Of a stretch of 55,766 bases of DNA, positions 12,238 to 23,884 are shown piece by piece. The position numbers and the translations under genes were made by a program. Each line of letters opens with the position of its first letter. The first letter of the stretch is position 1. A model generated the notes under the pieces. The model was given only the letters and a program-made list of their open reading frames with translations. It had not been told where the DNA came from and searched no databases. This DNA comes from Chiloscyllium plagiosum (taxonomy: Eukaryota): positions 8,845,969-8,901,734 of the forward strand of contig NC_057749.1 of the NCBI RefSeq assembly GCF_004010195.1, in the 5' to 3' direction.

Positions 12238-12523
12238 TCATAGAATCCTTTCAGTGCAGATGGAGGCCATTCAGTCCATTAAGTTACCACCAACCCTCCA
12301 AAGAGTAACCCACCCAGGCCCCCCACCCCTGCATTTCCCATGGCCAATCCACCTAACCCACACATCTTTGGACTGTGGGAGGATACCGGAGCACCTGGAG
12401 GAAACCCATGCAGGCACAGGGAGAATGTGCAAACTCCACACAGACGGTCACCCAAGGTTGGAATCGACCCAGGTCCCTGGCGCTGTGAGGCTGCGGTGCT
12501 AACCACTGAGCCACCATGCTGCC
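12238..12523 (-). mobile_element. HE1-like SINE
   Basis: Full inverted copy ending ccactgagccaccatgctgccc. Confidence 0.85.
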
Positions 12524-12844
12524 CTTTCCTGGTGGAATTCAAAGACATGCCCCCGGTCATGAGTCTGGATTATTAACATTGTGGTATAACCAATGGAGGC
12601 CAGATGGACTATTACTCTAGTGTTTATGCTGTACTTAAACCTCCTCCAACCCTACTTTAGCTGAGCAGCATTTCCCTGTATGGGATTTATGCTGCTGGCT
12701 GATGTTTGCTCAGAATAAAACATCACACTGGATCTGGAAAGTTGACAGGGAGGCAAAGGCCTAATGGTATTATGAGGAAAAGTCACTAACATCAGAGATA
12801 AAGGATGAGGCTGTGGCAAAATGCGTAGGATCTTATTCTGCAAT

Positions 12845-13065
12845 GTGTATGTGTGTACATCAGTCTGTTTGTATCAGTGTGTGTCTGCATGTATTTCTGT
12901 GTATACGCTTCTGTTGCGTGTCTGTGAGTGTGCCTATGTGTGTGTCTGTGTATATATGTACTGGGTGCTTGTGTGAGTGTGCCTGTCTATGTATCTGTGC
13001 ACAGATCTCTGTTTGCATGTATAAAAGTGTGTGTGTGTGTGTGTGCGTGTGTGTGTGTGTGTGTG
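12845..13065. repeat. Degenerate (TG)n microsatellite
   Basis: TG-rich tract ending in a near-perfect (TG)n run at ~13028-13065. Confidence 0.9.
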
Positions 13066-15195
13066 CAGCCAGCTGCCTGCCAATTACCTTGAAACTCTTG
13101 TCCTCTGCTGACTGACCCTCTCCCGGTGGAAATGATTTCTCTTTATTTACTTGATCAAGCCCTTCATGATTTTGAACATCTCTTGACCTTCTCTGCAGGA
13201 AGAGGAACAATCCAGCAAACCCCTGTCCCTATCCCCCCCTCCCCACCCCAACCTTCTCACATCTCTTCACATTATTGAAGTCCCTCGACCCTAGTGCATT
13301 GCTTGCAGCCTGAAACCAAGCAAGCAAGCACGGCCAGAGTGCGGCAACGATTCAGAGCTCAGCGTGTGCACCAGCCCACGGGATTGTTTAAATGTACATC
13401 CCATTTTTCTTCATTTGGAAATGATGGTTCTATGGTATTCCCTGGAAGCTGAGGGCCACTGCAATGTTAATGATTCATGATGGATTTGGCTCCATTACGG
13501 GCTCCTTCACATTCTGTCAGTCACTTGAACTGAGACAGCTGGGGAGAGGGAGCTGGGAGTGTGGGGGTGGTGGTGGATTGGATTAATGACCTTGGAACTG
13601 TTTATATTGAAAGGTTCAGCAGATACAAGCCCATGCACAAAAGGAGCCGTTGGGGGGGGGGTGATGGGGAAGGGGAGGCGGGCGGTGTCAGTGGTGGAAG
13701 GAAGATGGAGGGGCGAAGAGATTGGCACCAGGCTGACTCCTTGGGGAACGCTGCTGAGCTCCAGTAGCTGTAATATACACTGACTGATCTCAGGATACAG
13801 TAGCGCTTGGCTGTTAGCTTTCCTTAGCTGCTCAGTGGGCTTCAGTGGCAGACAGTGATTGATGAGGCCTGGCAGTGTTTACAACACCAGGGACATGATG
13901 TGTCCAAGCAACCCTTTGTATTAATGCACACATTTGGCAAGGGAAGGCAGGTTGCGGGATTTTATTCCCCCTGCCCTGGTTTGTCCTGAAGTAGGATTCG
14001 ACAGCTGACGGCACCTCCTCGGTCAGTTTGGCTGACATTCCCACTGGGGATTATAAGCCCCATAAGGTGTAGGAGAGGAAGTAGGCCATTCAGCCCGTCA
14101 AATCTGCTCCACATTCAATGAGCTTATATCGATCCCCGGTTCCTGTTGGGGTACGTTCAGGACCTGTCTCTTTGCCCCACCCAAAATCTCTGAGCTGTGT
14201 CTCAGTCCTGCCTTCAGATGGAGGATGAGTTGAGTGTTTATGTTCTCAAACCCTTTCGTTTTAATGATGTCAGCTAAAGAGTGGTCTAGACGGGGGAGAA
14301 TTCTCTTCCTCCTCTTTCAAAGTGGGGGGCCTTTTATCGCCTGACAGGACCTTAACTTGACATGTCATCTGAAATAAGGCACCGCTGACAATGCAGCTCT
14401 TCCCCCCCTCAGTCCTGGCACTGGGAACATCTGCCCAGATTTATGCTGGGGTTCCTGGAGCAGGATTTGAACCCAGAACCTTCTGGGACAAATCAAGCTG
14501 TCTTTGTTTGTGACGCTTTGCCCAGAACACAGACTCCTTGGGTTGTTGTTTTGTTAATCACGCCACGCCATCTTAAACGTGCATCTGAAGGCCTCGGAAC
14601 ATGGAGACAGGATTAGTGCCACGTCAGAAGGACAGGGAATGTGTTCTCTTCCTGGGCGTCCACACCCCTCACCTTCAGAAATCAAAACATCAGGTCATTA
14701 AATTGACTCCTTGAATGCCTGACACTGATGTTACAATGCACTCAATAAAGGGACGTCAATGTGGTGTTTTTTTTGGTCCGACTGATAGATGCTTTTGTCA
14801 AGGAATGCTTGCTGAAATAGTTGAATTGTTCGTGATTAGAAATGGTTTTGTCTAGCTATACCTGCTGGTCCTGCCATAATCTTGTAAATGAACTCCAAGC
14901 AGTGTAATCACTACTGTAATCTGTGGATTAGTCCTATCAGCAGGGATGAGACACTGGATGCTTTGTACGAAAGGTTAAATGTGGGATCGAGTCTGGGCCT
15001 GTGCGGCACCAGCAATGAATTCAGTGCTGCCATTAAGCTGTTTATATTTTTATTTAAGAAGAACAAGTCTGTACCCTCGACAAATGGAGAAGGATGACTT
15101 TGTCAGAGGACCAGAAACCTGCAGGTGTGAACCGCATTCCACACCAATTCTGAGCTGATTCTGAGGGAGGTGCCGCATTGTTGGCGAGTGACATT

Positions 15196-15410
15196 AGAGT
15201 CACAGACATGTACACGGTGGAAACAGACCCTTCGGTCCAACTCGTCCATGCCAACCACATGTCCTAAAATAATCTGGTTCCATTTTGGCTCATATTCCTC
15301 GAAACCCATCCTATTCATATACCCATCCAGGTGCCTTTTAAATGCCGTAATTATATCAATCTCCACCACTTCCTCTGGCAGCTCATTCCATACACACACC
15401 ACCCTCTGCG
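15196..15410 (-). mobile_element. HER1/CR1 LINE short 3' fragment
   Basis: Minus strand TQRVVCVWNELPEEVVE...FKRHLDGYM. Confidence 0.85.
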
Positions 15411-15804
15411 TTAAACTGGCCAAGTTTGTTTTCCCCACTGTGAGCCCATTGCAAGGCTTGAGCCCCTTCAGTATCAAAAGGGGATGGCCAGTGGTCACAC
15501 TCAGTGCTTGTAGGTCCGAAGGTCCAATCGTGACCCGCATTTGGGGTCCTGACTTACTTTGAGAATTAGGTGGCTGTGAAATCTCCACTAGAAGGGACAG
15601 GCAGGTCAGTTATGCCATCGGTGTACTTCAGAAGAATGGAGTGGGGGGTGGGGGGAGGGTGGTAGTCTGATTGATTTAGATTTTGTCACATGTACTCAAG
15701 TATAGGAGTACAATGAAAAGTCTCCACCCACGGCACCATCTTAGGTAGAAGTACCTCGGTACACAAGCTTAAGAACGAGGTAGAAAGAAATAAAGAACAA
15801 ATGC

Positions 15805-16140
15805 TACAGGGGCTTGACAAGGTGGACATTGTCCCATAGGGAGGATCATCTGTTCAGGCCATAGATATAGTGTGAGAGGAGAGACGTTCAAGACTGTGAT
15901 GTGGAGAAACTATTTCTCTCGGAGAGTTGTGAATCTGAGGAACTCGTTGCCCCAGAGGGCAGTGGAGGCAGAATCAATCAACAGACTCCAGAATGAAATA
16001 GATATGTTTCCGATGAAAAATGGGATAACGGGCTATGGGGAGCAGGCAGGAGAGTGGAGTTGAGACAAGGATAAGACGAGTCATGATCATGTTAAATGGT
16101 GGAGCGGGCGTGAAAGGTTGAATTGCCTGCGCCTAATTCC
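15805..16140 (+). mobile_element. CR1-clade LINE 3' fragment
   Basis: Encodes RNYFSRRVVNLRNSLPQRAVEAES. Confidence 0.75.
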
Positions 16141-16145
16141 TGTTA

Positions 16146-16779
16146 TAGAGTCATAGAGATGTACAGCATTGAAACAGACCCATCGGTCCAACCGGTCCAT
16201 GCCGACCAGATATCCCAACCCAATCTAGACCCACCTGCCAGCACCCGGCCCATATCCGTCCAAACCCTTCCTATTCATATACCCATCCAAATGCCTCTTA
16301 AATGTTGCAATTGTACCAGCCTCCACCACTTCCTCTGGCAGCTCATCCCATATCCATACCACCCTCTGTGTGAAAAAGTTGCCCTGTTGGTGTCTTTTAT
16401 ATCTTTCCCCTCTCACCCTAAACCTATGCCCTGTAGTTCTGGACACCCTGACCCCAGGGAAAAGACTTTATCTATTTATTCTGTCCATGGCCCTCATATT
16501 TTTGTAAACCTCTATAAGGTCACCCCTCAGCCTCCAACGCTCCAGGAAAAACAGCCCCAGCCTGTTCAGCCTCTCCCTATAGCTCAAATCCTCCAACCCT
16601 GGCAACATCCTTGTAACCTTTGCTGAACCCTTTCAAGTTTCACAACATCTTTCCTATAGGGACGAGATCAGAATTGCACGCAACATTTCTTCAGTGGCCT
16701 AACCAATGTCCTATACAGCCGGAACATGACCTCCCAACTCCTGTACTCAATACTCTGACCAATAAAGGAAACCATACCA
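16146..16779 (-). mobile_element. HER1/CR1 LINE 3' fragment
   Basis: Inverted copy highly similar to 9628-10260. Confidence 0.9.
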
Positions 16780-18147
16780 AATTGTTCCTCTTTTCCTTGC
16801 CAATATTTATCTCTCGACCAACTTTATTTTAAAAAGACTATACAATCATTCTCACTTTGCTTGCTAGGTGGAAATTGGCTGTCGTGTTTTCCACAGCGAG
16901 ACATGACGACACTCCGGAAAGTCTTCATTTATCATGTGGTAGTTTGGAAGTCGAACAGTTTGTGATAGACACTCTATGAAGTGTAAGGTTATGTGGTATA
17001 GTTAGGATCCCTATAATCATCATCGAAAGAAAGAGTAGTAATACCTTTGTGAGTTTGCAGGATGAGTGTGGACAGCAATGGGTTGAGTTTTCCCTGACAG
17101 GATATTATCTTGCTTCACACTTAGTCATGTATTGATTTTTTTTTGTTCACTAATCGATTCAGGAAGTGGCTGTATCTTTTGCAGATAAGACAATTTGCAA
17201 CAAAAGAGGAAGCAGCAAAATGTTACATCAGTGGTCTGAGCAATTGCTGTTGTAATAGTGTTAACTCCATAAAATTAAAGATGGTGGCAACTTGCTCTCA
17301 TTTATCTTCACATGAACGTCCGTGCTCGAATCTTTTTGAAGTTTAAACTGAGAATGCAGTTTCATTGATGGCAAACACATCACAAGGGATGTCATGATTT
17401 TCAGTCTTATCCATCCCAGGGAAATAAACAGCCCATTACTCAATTTTCAATATCACTTAAGAATTGCCTCTTGCATGAATATATTCAGTCACAGAGACAG
17501 AGGAGAAGCCAACTTGTTTTTCACTGAATTATTGCAAACAAAGGACTGAATAATTTGAATTCATCTTAGTAAATTCTGGATAATTTGAATTTGTCTAACT
17601 TTAAAGTAAATGGTGTTGATTTAAATGGGTGGTTCTTTGACTGTCATTAACCTTTTCATTGACTGTTCAGCAAAAAGCTAAGAATGTGAATCGAGAGGGA
17701 AACAAATCTCTGCCCTTTATCTGCATTATAATATCAGGAATATATGTATTCATCAGCAACCATAGCAACTCCCAGTAATACTGTCGAGAGTATGTTTTCT
17801 GAAATGACGCCTGTTGTGTTAATGCCAGATGTATAGCGAATGTAATAGGAAGGCTTCAAGATTATGAAGGTAACTGTCAGAATTAATCTGGGAAAACTGT
17901 TCCCTGTGGTGAAGGAATGAAATGGGAGACAAAACAAATTTTGTCAATAATTAGGAGTTTCCAAGCAAAAAGGGTATTATTGTTCCCCTACCTACCAATG
18001 TACCTTGGCCTTATGGAATGAAATAGCGGGGAAGACAATTCAGTGAGTTTCTAGAGAAACAAAGGATTAAAGGATGTGGGAAGAAGATGCTTGAGGTTGA
18101 TTTTCTGCCGAAGTTCAGGTCTTAAACTCATTCTCCACATCTCTTAG

Positions 18148-18752
18148 GGTCATAGAGATGCACACCACAGAAATAGACCCAACAGTGCAACTCATCAACG
18201 CCGACCAGGTATCCGAAATTAATCCAGTCCCATTTGCTGGCATTTGGCCCATATCCCTCTCATCCCTTCCTGTTCATGTACAAATCCAGATGCCTTTCAA
18301 ATGTTGTAATTGTACCCACCTCCACCATTTCCTCACTCCATTCACACACCACCCTCTGCATGAAAAGGTTGCCCCATTAAAGGTACCTTTTAAGTCACTC
18401 CTATCTCACCCATGCCCTCTGGCTTTGGGTTCCTGTACCCTGGGGAAAAGACCTTGGCTATTCACCCTGTCCTTACCCCTCATGATTTTATAAACCTCTA
18501 GAAGGTCACCCCTCAGCTTCTGACCCTCCAGGGAGAATAGCCACAGCTGATCCAGCCTCTCCCTCTATCTTGAACACTCCAACTGTTGCAACATCCTTGT
18601 AAATGTTTTCTGAACTCTTTCAAGTTTCACAATATCCTTCCTATAGCAGGGAGACCAGAATTGAACACAGTTTTCCAAAAGTGGCCTAACCAACATCTTG
18701 TATAGCCGCAACGTGACCTCCCAACTCCTATACTCAATGCAGTGACCAATAC
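18148..18752 (-). mobile_element. HER1/CR1 LINE 3' fragment
   Basis: Minus strand IEYRSWEVTLRLYKMLVRPLLENCVQFWSP. Confidence 0.85.
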
Positions 18753-19101
18753 AGGCCCCATGCTTTGCTCCTAAGAGCCTCCCGTTTGCCATTTCAATGA
18801 GCAATGTGACTCGGGACATGAACACCCAGGTGGTTTCCTACTGCCTTTTTGATGAGGAAACTCGGGGCCTCATCCTGATGGGTCTTGTGCCCAGAAGCTG
18901 CCATTGTCCCTGGAGATTTGAGCTCTTCCATTGTCATGACTGACTGTTCACTGGAACTCATAGGCCAGGGCTGGGACCCTGACCCTTGCCTGGTTAGACT
19001 TGCAAAATGACTGAACCGCCCAACACAGGTCTCAAATAACCACACTACCCCCGCGTACACTTAGGTCCCTCAATTAGATCATCCTGCAGCCTCCTCTGTT
19101 T

Positions 19102-19392
19102 CAAGAAAACCAAAGTAGACAGGCATGAGGCTAGAAGAACACAGCAAGCCAGGTAGCATCAGGAGCTAGAGACATCGATGTTTCAGGTGTAACCCTTCTT
19201 CGCGGCTGGGGGTGGGTGTAGAGGGGAGCTGCAGATAAAGGGGGTGGCGGGGATAGGGTGGTGAAGTGGAGATAGGTGAAGACAGGTAGAGGGTACGACC
19301 TGGTTGGTCAATGGAAGGAATGAATCCGATTGGTGGCAGGAAGGAGTGGGAGGGGCTGGGAAGGGAGTCTTGGGATGGGAAGGGAGGTTCCC
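19102..19392. mobile_element. Penelope-like element fragment
   Basis: acacagcaagccagg...gtttcaggtgtaacccttctt motif shared with the 40051-40269 family, followed by a G-rich flank. Confidence 0.6.
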
Positions 19393-20413
19393 AACATAAC
19401 ATCCAGTGACATCACTGCTGTTTAGCTAGTAGACAAACTCTTGATTATCCCCTCTCCCCCAACAAAAAACCCATTGTAAAGCAATGACCTCAGGCAAATG
19501 TCAGCTTCCTCCTTTTGTTCCCAAAACACCTTTTTATGAAGCAGTTAGTACCAGAAAGGGTTAACGGACATCACAAGATAAGCCCTGTCCATCAGGATAC
19601 AAAGGGCGGGACTCTTGTTCTACAGTAGCCGTGACACCCAATTCAATTCCTATCTGCTCCAGAGATGGGCTGTAATATCTCTGGGCAGATCAATTAGAAA
19701 AGGCCTAGAAGGACTCTGCCTGGAAGGAGCTATCCAGAGTTGTCGAGTGTTGACCTTGTGTGACTGAAAGGTGTAAGTCAGTGCCCTCCCAGTTCTCCAT
19801 GTAGCCGTTGCTTTAAGTCGGACCTGACTGTCTGCCTCACAGGAGACAATTATGCCTCTTAGCTGTAACATAATTAGCCACTAAGTAATATGTAATGGCC
19901 CTTTACTTTGCAATGGAGACAAAGGCCATCTTTTTCCCCAAAGCTAATGTAGGTCTCCTTCCCCACGAGATACCCATAGGTCGGGTGATACAAGCAGGAA
20001 GGATTGGGTGTGATGACTGTACTCACAATGTTCCCCAATATTTACAAAACGTGAGCAGTGCTGGCATAGAACATTATAACATGGCGGCTGCAGTGTCCTG
20101 GGAAGAGTTCACTTAGCCATGCATCATAACAGATGCTGATCTGTTTCTGTCTCTCAGAAGACAAGCATTGTCCTTATGGGCATAAACATGTGCTGAATGT
20201 CATGTGCGTTTTTGGGGGAGGAGTTGCTGGATCACAGTGAGCACCTGAAAAGCATGTTCGACACAACGGCATTCACAGTTTAAAGTCCTAACGGCATGTG
20301 GAGGCTGGGTTACTGAGATTTATCACATTCACGCAGTCAACTCAAAAACTTCCCCACAACTGCCCCAGATCACAAGTAGTGCCTAGTCGGCTTAGCTCTG
20401 CAGATTTATCATA

Positions 20414-20632
20414 CAGTCAGTTCTGCTATAACGCAGTGCTTCCATTCTCATGCAATCCCATGTTTTAAGAAAATCGTGTAATAGCAGCACCATTTAAACC
20501 ATTGGGGCCAGAATCACACAATAACCAACGCACGCCTTAAGATTTGCACTTCAGAAACGGTGTCCCCCAAGTCGTTGATTATGTTATAATAAATTTGTGT
20601 TAACAAAACGTGTGTTACAGCAGAACAAACTG
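20414..20632. mobile_element. Tc1/mariner (pogo/Tigger-type) MITE, 219 bp
   Basis: TIRs CAGTCAGTTCTGCTATAAC / GTTACAGCAGAACAAACTG with TA on both sides. Confidence 0.8.
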
Positions 20633-20742
20633 TATTCCAGTGGCAATGCACTGCTTTCATGGGATGGGGGCATAGATCTCAAAGGATGGCAGCATGATAA
20701 CGGGCATTTTGCAATGTCTGCTGATTGACAGAGCCCACAGCA

Positions 20743-20749
20743 AACACGC

Positions 20750-20783
<34 letters not shown>

Positions 20784-20903
20784 GCTCTCTCTCTATCTCT
20801 CTCACACAGACAACACACACACACTCTCTGTCTAACACACACACACTTTCTCATTCTATCTCACGCTCGCTCTCTCTCTCTCTCTCACACACAGACACAC
20901 ACA
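20743..20903. repeat. Compound (CT)n/(CA)n microsatellite
   Basis: Alternating CT and CA runs. Confidence 0.9.
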
Positions 20904-21394
20904 TACCAGTGTACACACTTGTAGCACGAGACCACAGCAACTTCAAGTTCCTCTGGTGGGAGGTGGGTGTTTGTAAGCTTGAGGCCATCCAAGGTTGTCC
21001 AGCCTGTGTCTTTAACTCACAGCACATTCCCCCGTACTTGCTCAGCAGCCCCCTTCCCCCACCCTGGGCTCTGTGATTTTTTTTTGCTCTGGGTTTTTAA
21101 ATCCGACTGTGGCCTTCCTTCATCTCGCAACCTTCAGTTTCCACAACCTTCCCAGAATTCTGCATTCCTCTAACCCCGGCATCTGTCTTTCTTGTCTCTG
21201 CTAAGAGGAACCTGACATGGCTCAGTCTCATACTTCATTTTGGAAAGATCCCCAGGATTGCCTTGGGATATTTCATTCTGTTAAAGGTGGGGTGGTGATG
21301 GCCAGTGGTTTTATCACTGGACTGTTAATCCTGAAACCCCAGGTTCAAAACTCAGATGGTTGGAATGTGAACTTAATGGGTATTGGGAATGATT

Positions 21395-21640
21395 AATCTA
21401 AAGTGTGGAATGAGGCCATTTGGCCCATTGAGTCTGCACTGAACCTCTGTAGGTATTGCCCATCCTATCCCTGTATTTAGCACGGTCAATCCGCCAAACC
21501 TGCACATCTTTGGACTATGGGAGGAACCCCACGCAGACACAGGAAGAATGTGCAAACTCCATACAGACAGTCACCCGAGGCTGGAATTGAACCCAGGTCT
21601 CTGGCACTGTGAGGCAGTAATGCTAAACACTGAGCCACCC
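21395..21640 (-). mobile_element. HE1-like SINE nested in a second-family SINE (~21290-21770)
   Basis: Inverted HE1-like copy; the host sequence resumes at ~21645. Confidence 0.75.
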
Positions 21641-21973
21641 TAACAATGTTTGTGAAACCATAGTTGATTGTCATGAAAACTTATCTGTTTCACTAATGTC
21701 CTGTAGGTAAGGAAACTGTCATCCTTAACTGGTCTGACCTACATCTGACTCCAGACCCACAGCAATGGCCTGTATCCCTTGAGTGAATAAATAATAAAAA
21801 GTGTTATATTATGAAGAGTTGTTGGTTGTGCCCTGCTCCTTTCTGCTGTCTTTGGCACATTTAAAGTCAACCCATCATTGAGTTTTATTTTATTTACTCA
21901 TTTATGGCATGTGGGTGTTCTTGGATGGATCTGCCCTTACTGCTAATCCTTAATTGCCCTGGGCTAGATCAGG

Positions 21974-22164
21974 GCTGAAAATGTGTTGCTGGAAAAGCGC
22001 AGCAGGTCAGGCAGCATCCAAGGAACAGGAGAATCGACGTTTCGGGCATAAGCCCTTCTTCAGGAACCTCATTCCTGAAGAAGGGCTTATGCCCGAAACG
22101 TCGATTCTCCTGTTCCTTGGATGCTGCCTGACCTGCTGCGCTTTTCCAGCAACACATTTTCAGC
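21974..22164. mobile_element. Young palindromic Penelope-like insertion (perfect 93-bp inverted arms, 5-nt loop)
   Basis: Arms 21974-22066 and 22072-22164 are exact reverse complements; 15-bp direct repeat ctgggctagatcagg at 21959-21973 and 22166-22180. Confidence 0.88.
22071..22106 (+). ncRNA. Minimal type-I hammerhead ribozyme motif (PLE-type); mirror copy on the - strand in the left arm
   Basis: CTGAAGA (22075-22081), extra A, stem II GGGC-ttat-GCCC, GAAA, CGTC; short imperfect stem I attc/gatt. Confidence 0.7.
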
Positions 22165-22308
22165 TCTGGGCTAGATCAGGCCAACACTCTTCCTGAATTT
22201 GGAACAAAGCTATCTTAATGTAACATGGAATCTTTAGAGAACCCAGCCCCCACCACCTCTGCCCAGTAACAGTAATAGTCCTCAGGATTAATGTAACTAC
22301 TCCTGTTG

Positions 22309-22430
22309 CATTCCTGATGAAGAGTTTATGCTCAAAATGTTGACTTTCCTGCTCCTGTGATGCTGCCTGACCTGCTGTGCTTTTCCAGCACCACCCTTTT
22401 TGATTCTGATCTCCAGTCCTCACTCTCTCC
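22309..22430. mobile_element. Penelope-like element terminal fragment with a decayed hammerhead
   Basis: cattcctgatgaagagtttatgctcaaaatgttg...gtcctcact. Confidence 0.65.
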
Positions 22431-22492
22431 CAGTTGCATGCAGATCTGTTCGCCACAGGATGTGGAGGCTTTGGAGAGGGTACAGAAATGGC

Positions 22493-22802
22493 TTAGATTA
22501 GATTCCCTACAATGTGGAAACAGGCTGTTTAGCCCAACAAGTCCACACCGACCCTCTGAAGTGTAACACACCCGAACCATTTCCCTCTGACTGATGCACC
22601 TAACACTACGGGCAATTGAGCACGGCCAATCCACCTGACCTGCACAAGTTTGGATTGTGGGAGGAAACAGGAGCATTAGGAGGAAACCCATGCAGACACA
22701 GGGAGAATGTGCAAACTCCGCACAGACAGTTGCCCAAGGCTGGAACCGATCCTGGGTCCCTGGTGCTGTGAGGCTGCAGTGCTAACCACTGAGCTACTGT
22801 GC
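22493..22802 (-). mobile_element. HE1-like SINE inserted in a CR1 fragment
   Basis: Inverted copy; flanks encode DVEALERVQK and RMLPGL...RMRGDLIEV. Confidence 0.8.
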
Positions 22803-23000
22803 AGGATGTTGCCTGGTTTGCAGGGTGTTAGCTGTGAGCAGAGATTGGAGAAACTTAGTTTCTTTTCACTTGAATGTCGAAGGATGAGGGGTGACCTGAT
22901 AGAAGTTTAACAAAATTAACACGGTCAATCATGGTCTCACAGAGTTAGCATCCTCATGGTAACTGAGGCAGGGCGCGAGCGATAACTCACTGCAGAAGTG

Positions 23001-23275
23001 CTGGCTCAGTGGTTAGCACTGCTGCCTCACAGCACCAGGAACCTGGGTTCAATTCCAGCCTTGGGTGACTGTGTGGAGTTTGCACATTCTTCCTGTGTCT
23101 CTGTGGGTTTCCTCCCACGGTCCAAAGATGTGCAGGTCAGGTGAATTGGCCATGGTAAATTGCCCATAGTGTTGCCCAAATTGCATCAGTCTGAGGGAAA
23201 TGGTTCTGGGTGTGTTTCTCTTCAGAGGGTCGATGTGGACTGGTTTGGCCGGTTTCCATACTGTAGGGAATCTAA
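23001..23275 (+). mobile_element. HE1-like SINE
   Basis: Head, central domain and tail gtagggaatctaatc. Confidence 0.85.
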
Positions 23276-23655
23276 TCGTACAAATATGGCAATGAAATAC
23301 ATTGTTCTTTTCTTTTTATTTATTCATGGGATGAGGGCATCGCTGGCTAGGCCAGCATTTATTGCCCGTCCCTCATTGCCCAGAGGGTAATTAAGAGGTA
23401 ATCATTTTGCTGTGGGCCTGGAGTCACGTGAAGGCCAGACAAGGTAAGGATGGCAGTTTCCTTTCTTAATGGGCATTAGTGAACCAGACGGGTTTTTGCA
23501 ACAATTGACAATAGTTTCATAGTCATCATTAGACTCTTAATTCCAGATTTTTATTGGATTCAAATACCACCATCTGCCATGACAAGATTTGAACTTGGGT
23601 CTCTAGAACACTGCCAGGGTCTCTGGGGGATTAATAGTCGAGCAATAATACCATG

Positions 23656-23884
23656 AGGGTGAAAAGGTGTGGTGCTGGAAAAGCACAGCAGGTCAGACAG
23701 CATCCAAGTAGCAGGAGAATTGCTGTTTCGGGCATAAGCCCTTCATCAGGAATGTCCTGAAGAAGGGCTCATGCCTGAAATGTTGGCTTTCCTGCTCCTC
23801 AGATGCTGCCTGACCTGTGTTTTTCCAGCACCGCGCTTTTTGACTCAGACTCTCCAGCATCTGCAGTCCTCACTTTTTCCATTT
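23656..23884. mobile_element. Older palindromic Penelope-like insertion with decayed hammerhead motifs
   Basis: Imperfect inverted arms around cttcatcaggaatgtcctgaagaag; interrupts a SINE, with taccat/taccac flanks. Confidence 0.7.

Noticed and set aside
15125..15153. cag|GT GTG AAC CGC ATT CCA reading G-VNRIP, resembling the start of the next ARID exon
   Set aside because: Lacks the TP residues and a polypyrimidine tract, and hits a stop after HQF; most likely chance.
21954..22196. Mirror-image ORFs on both strands (MCCWKSAAGQAASKEQ...)
   Set aside because: A consequence of the perfect palindrome, not coding.
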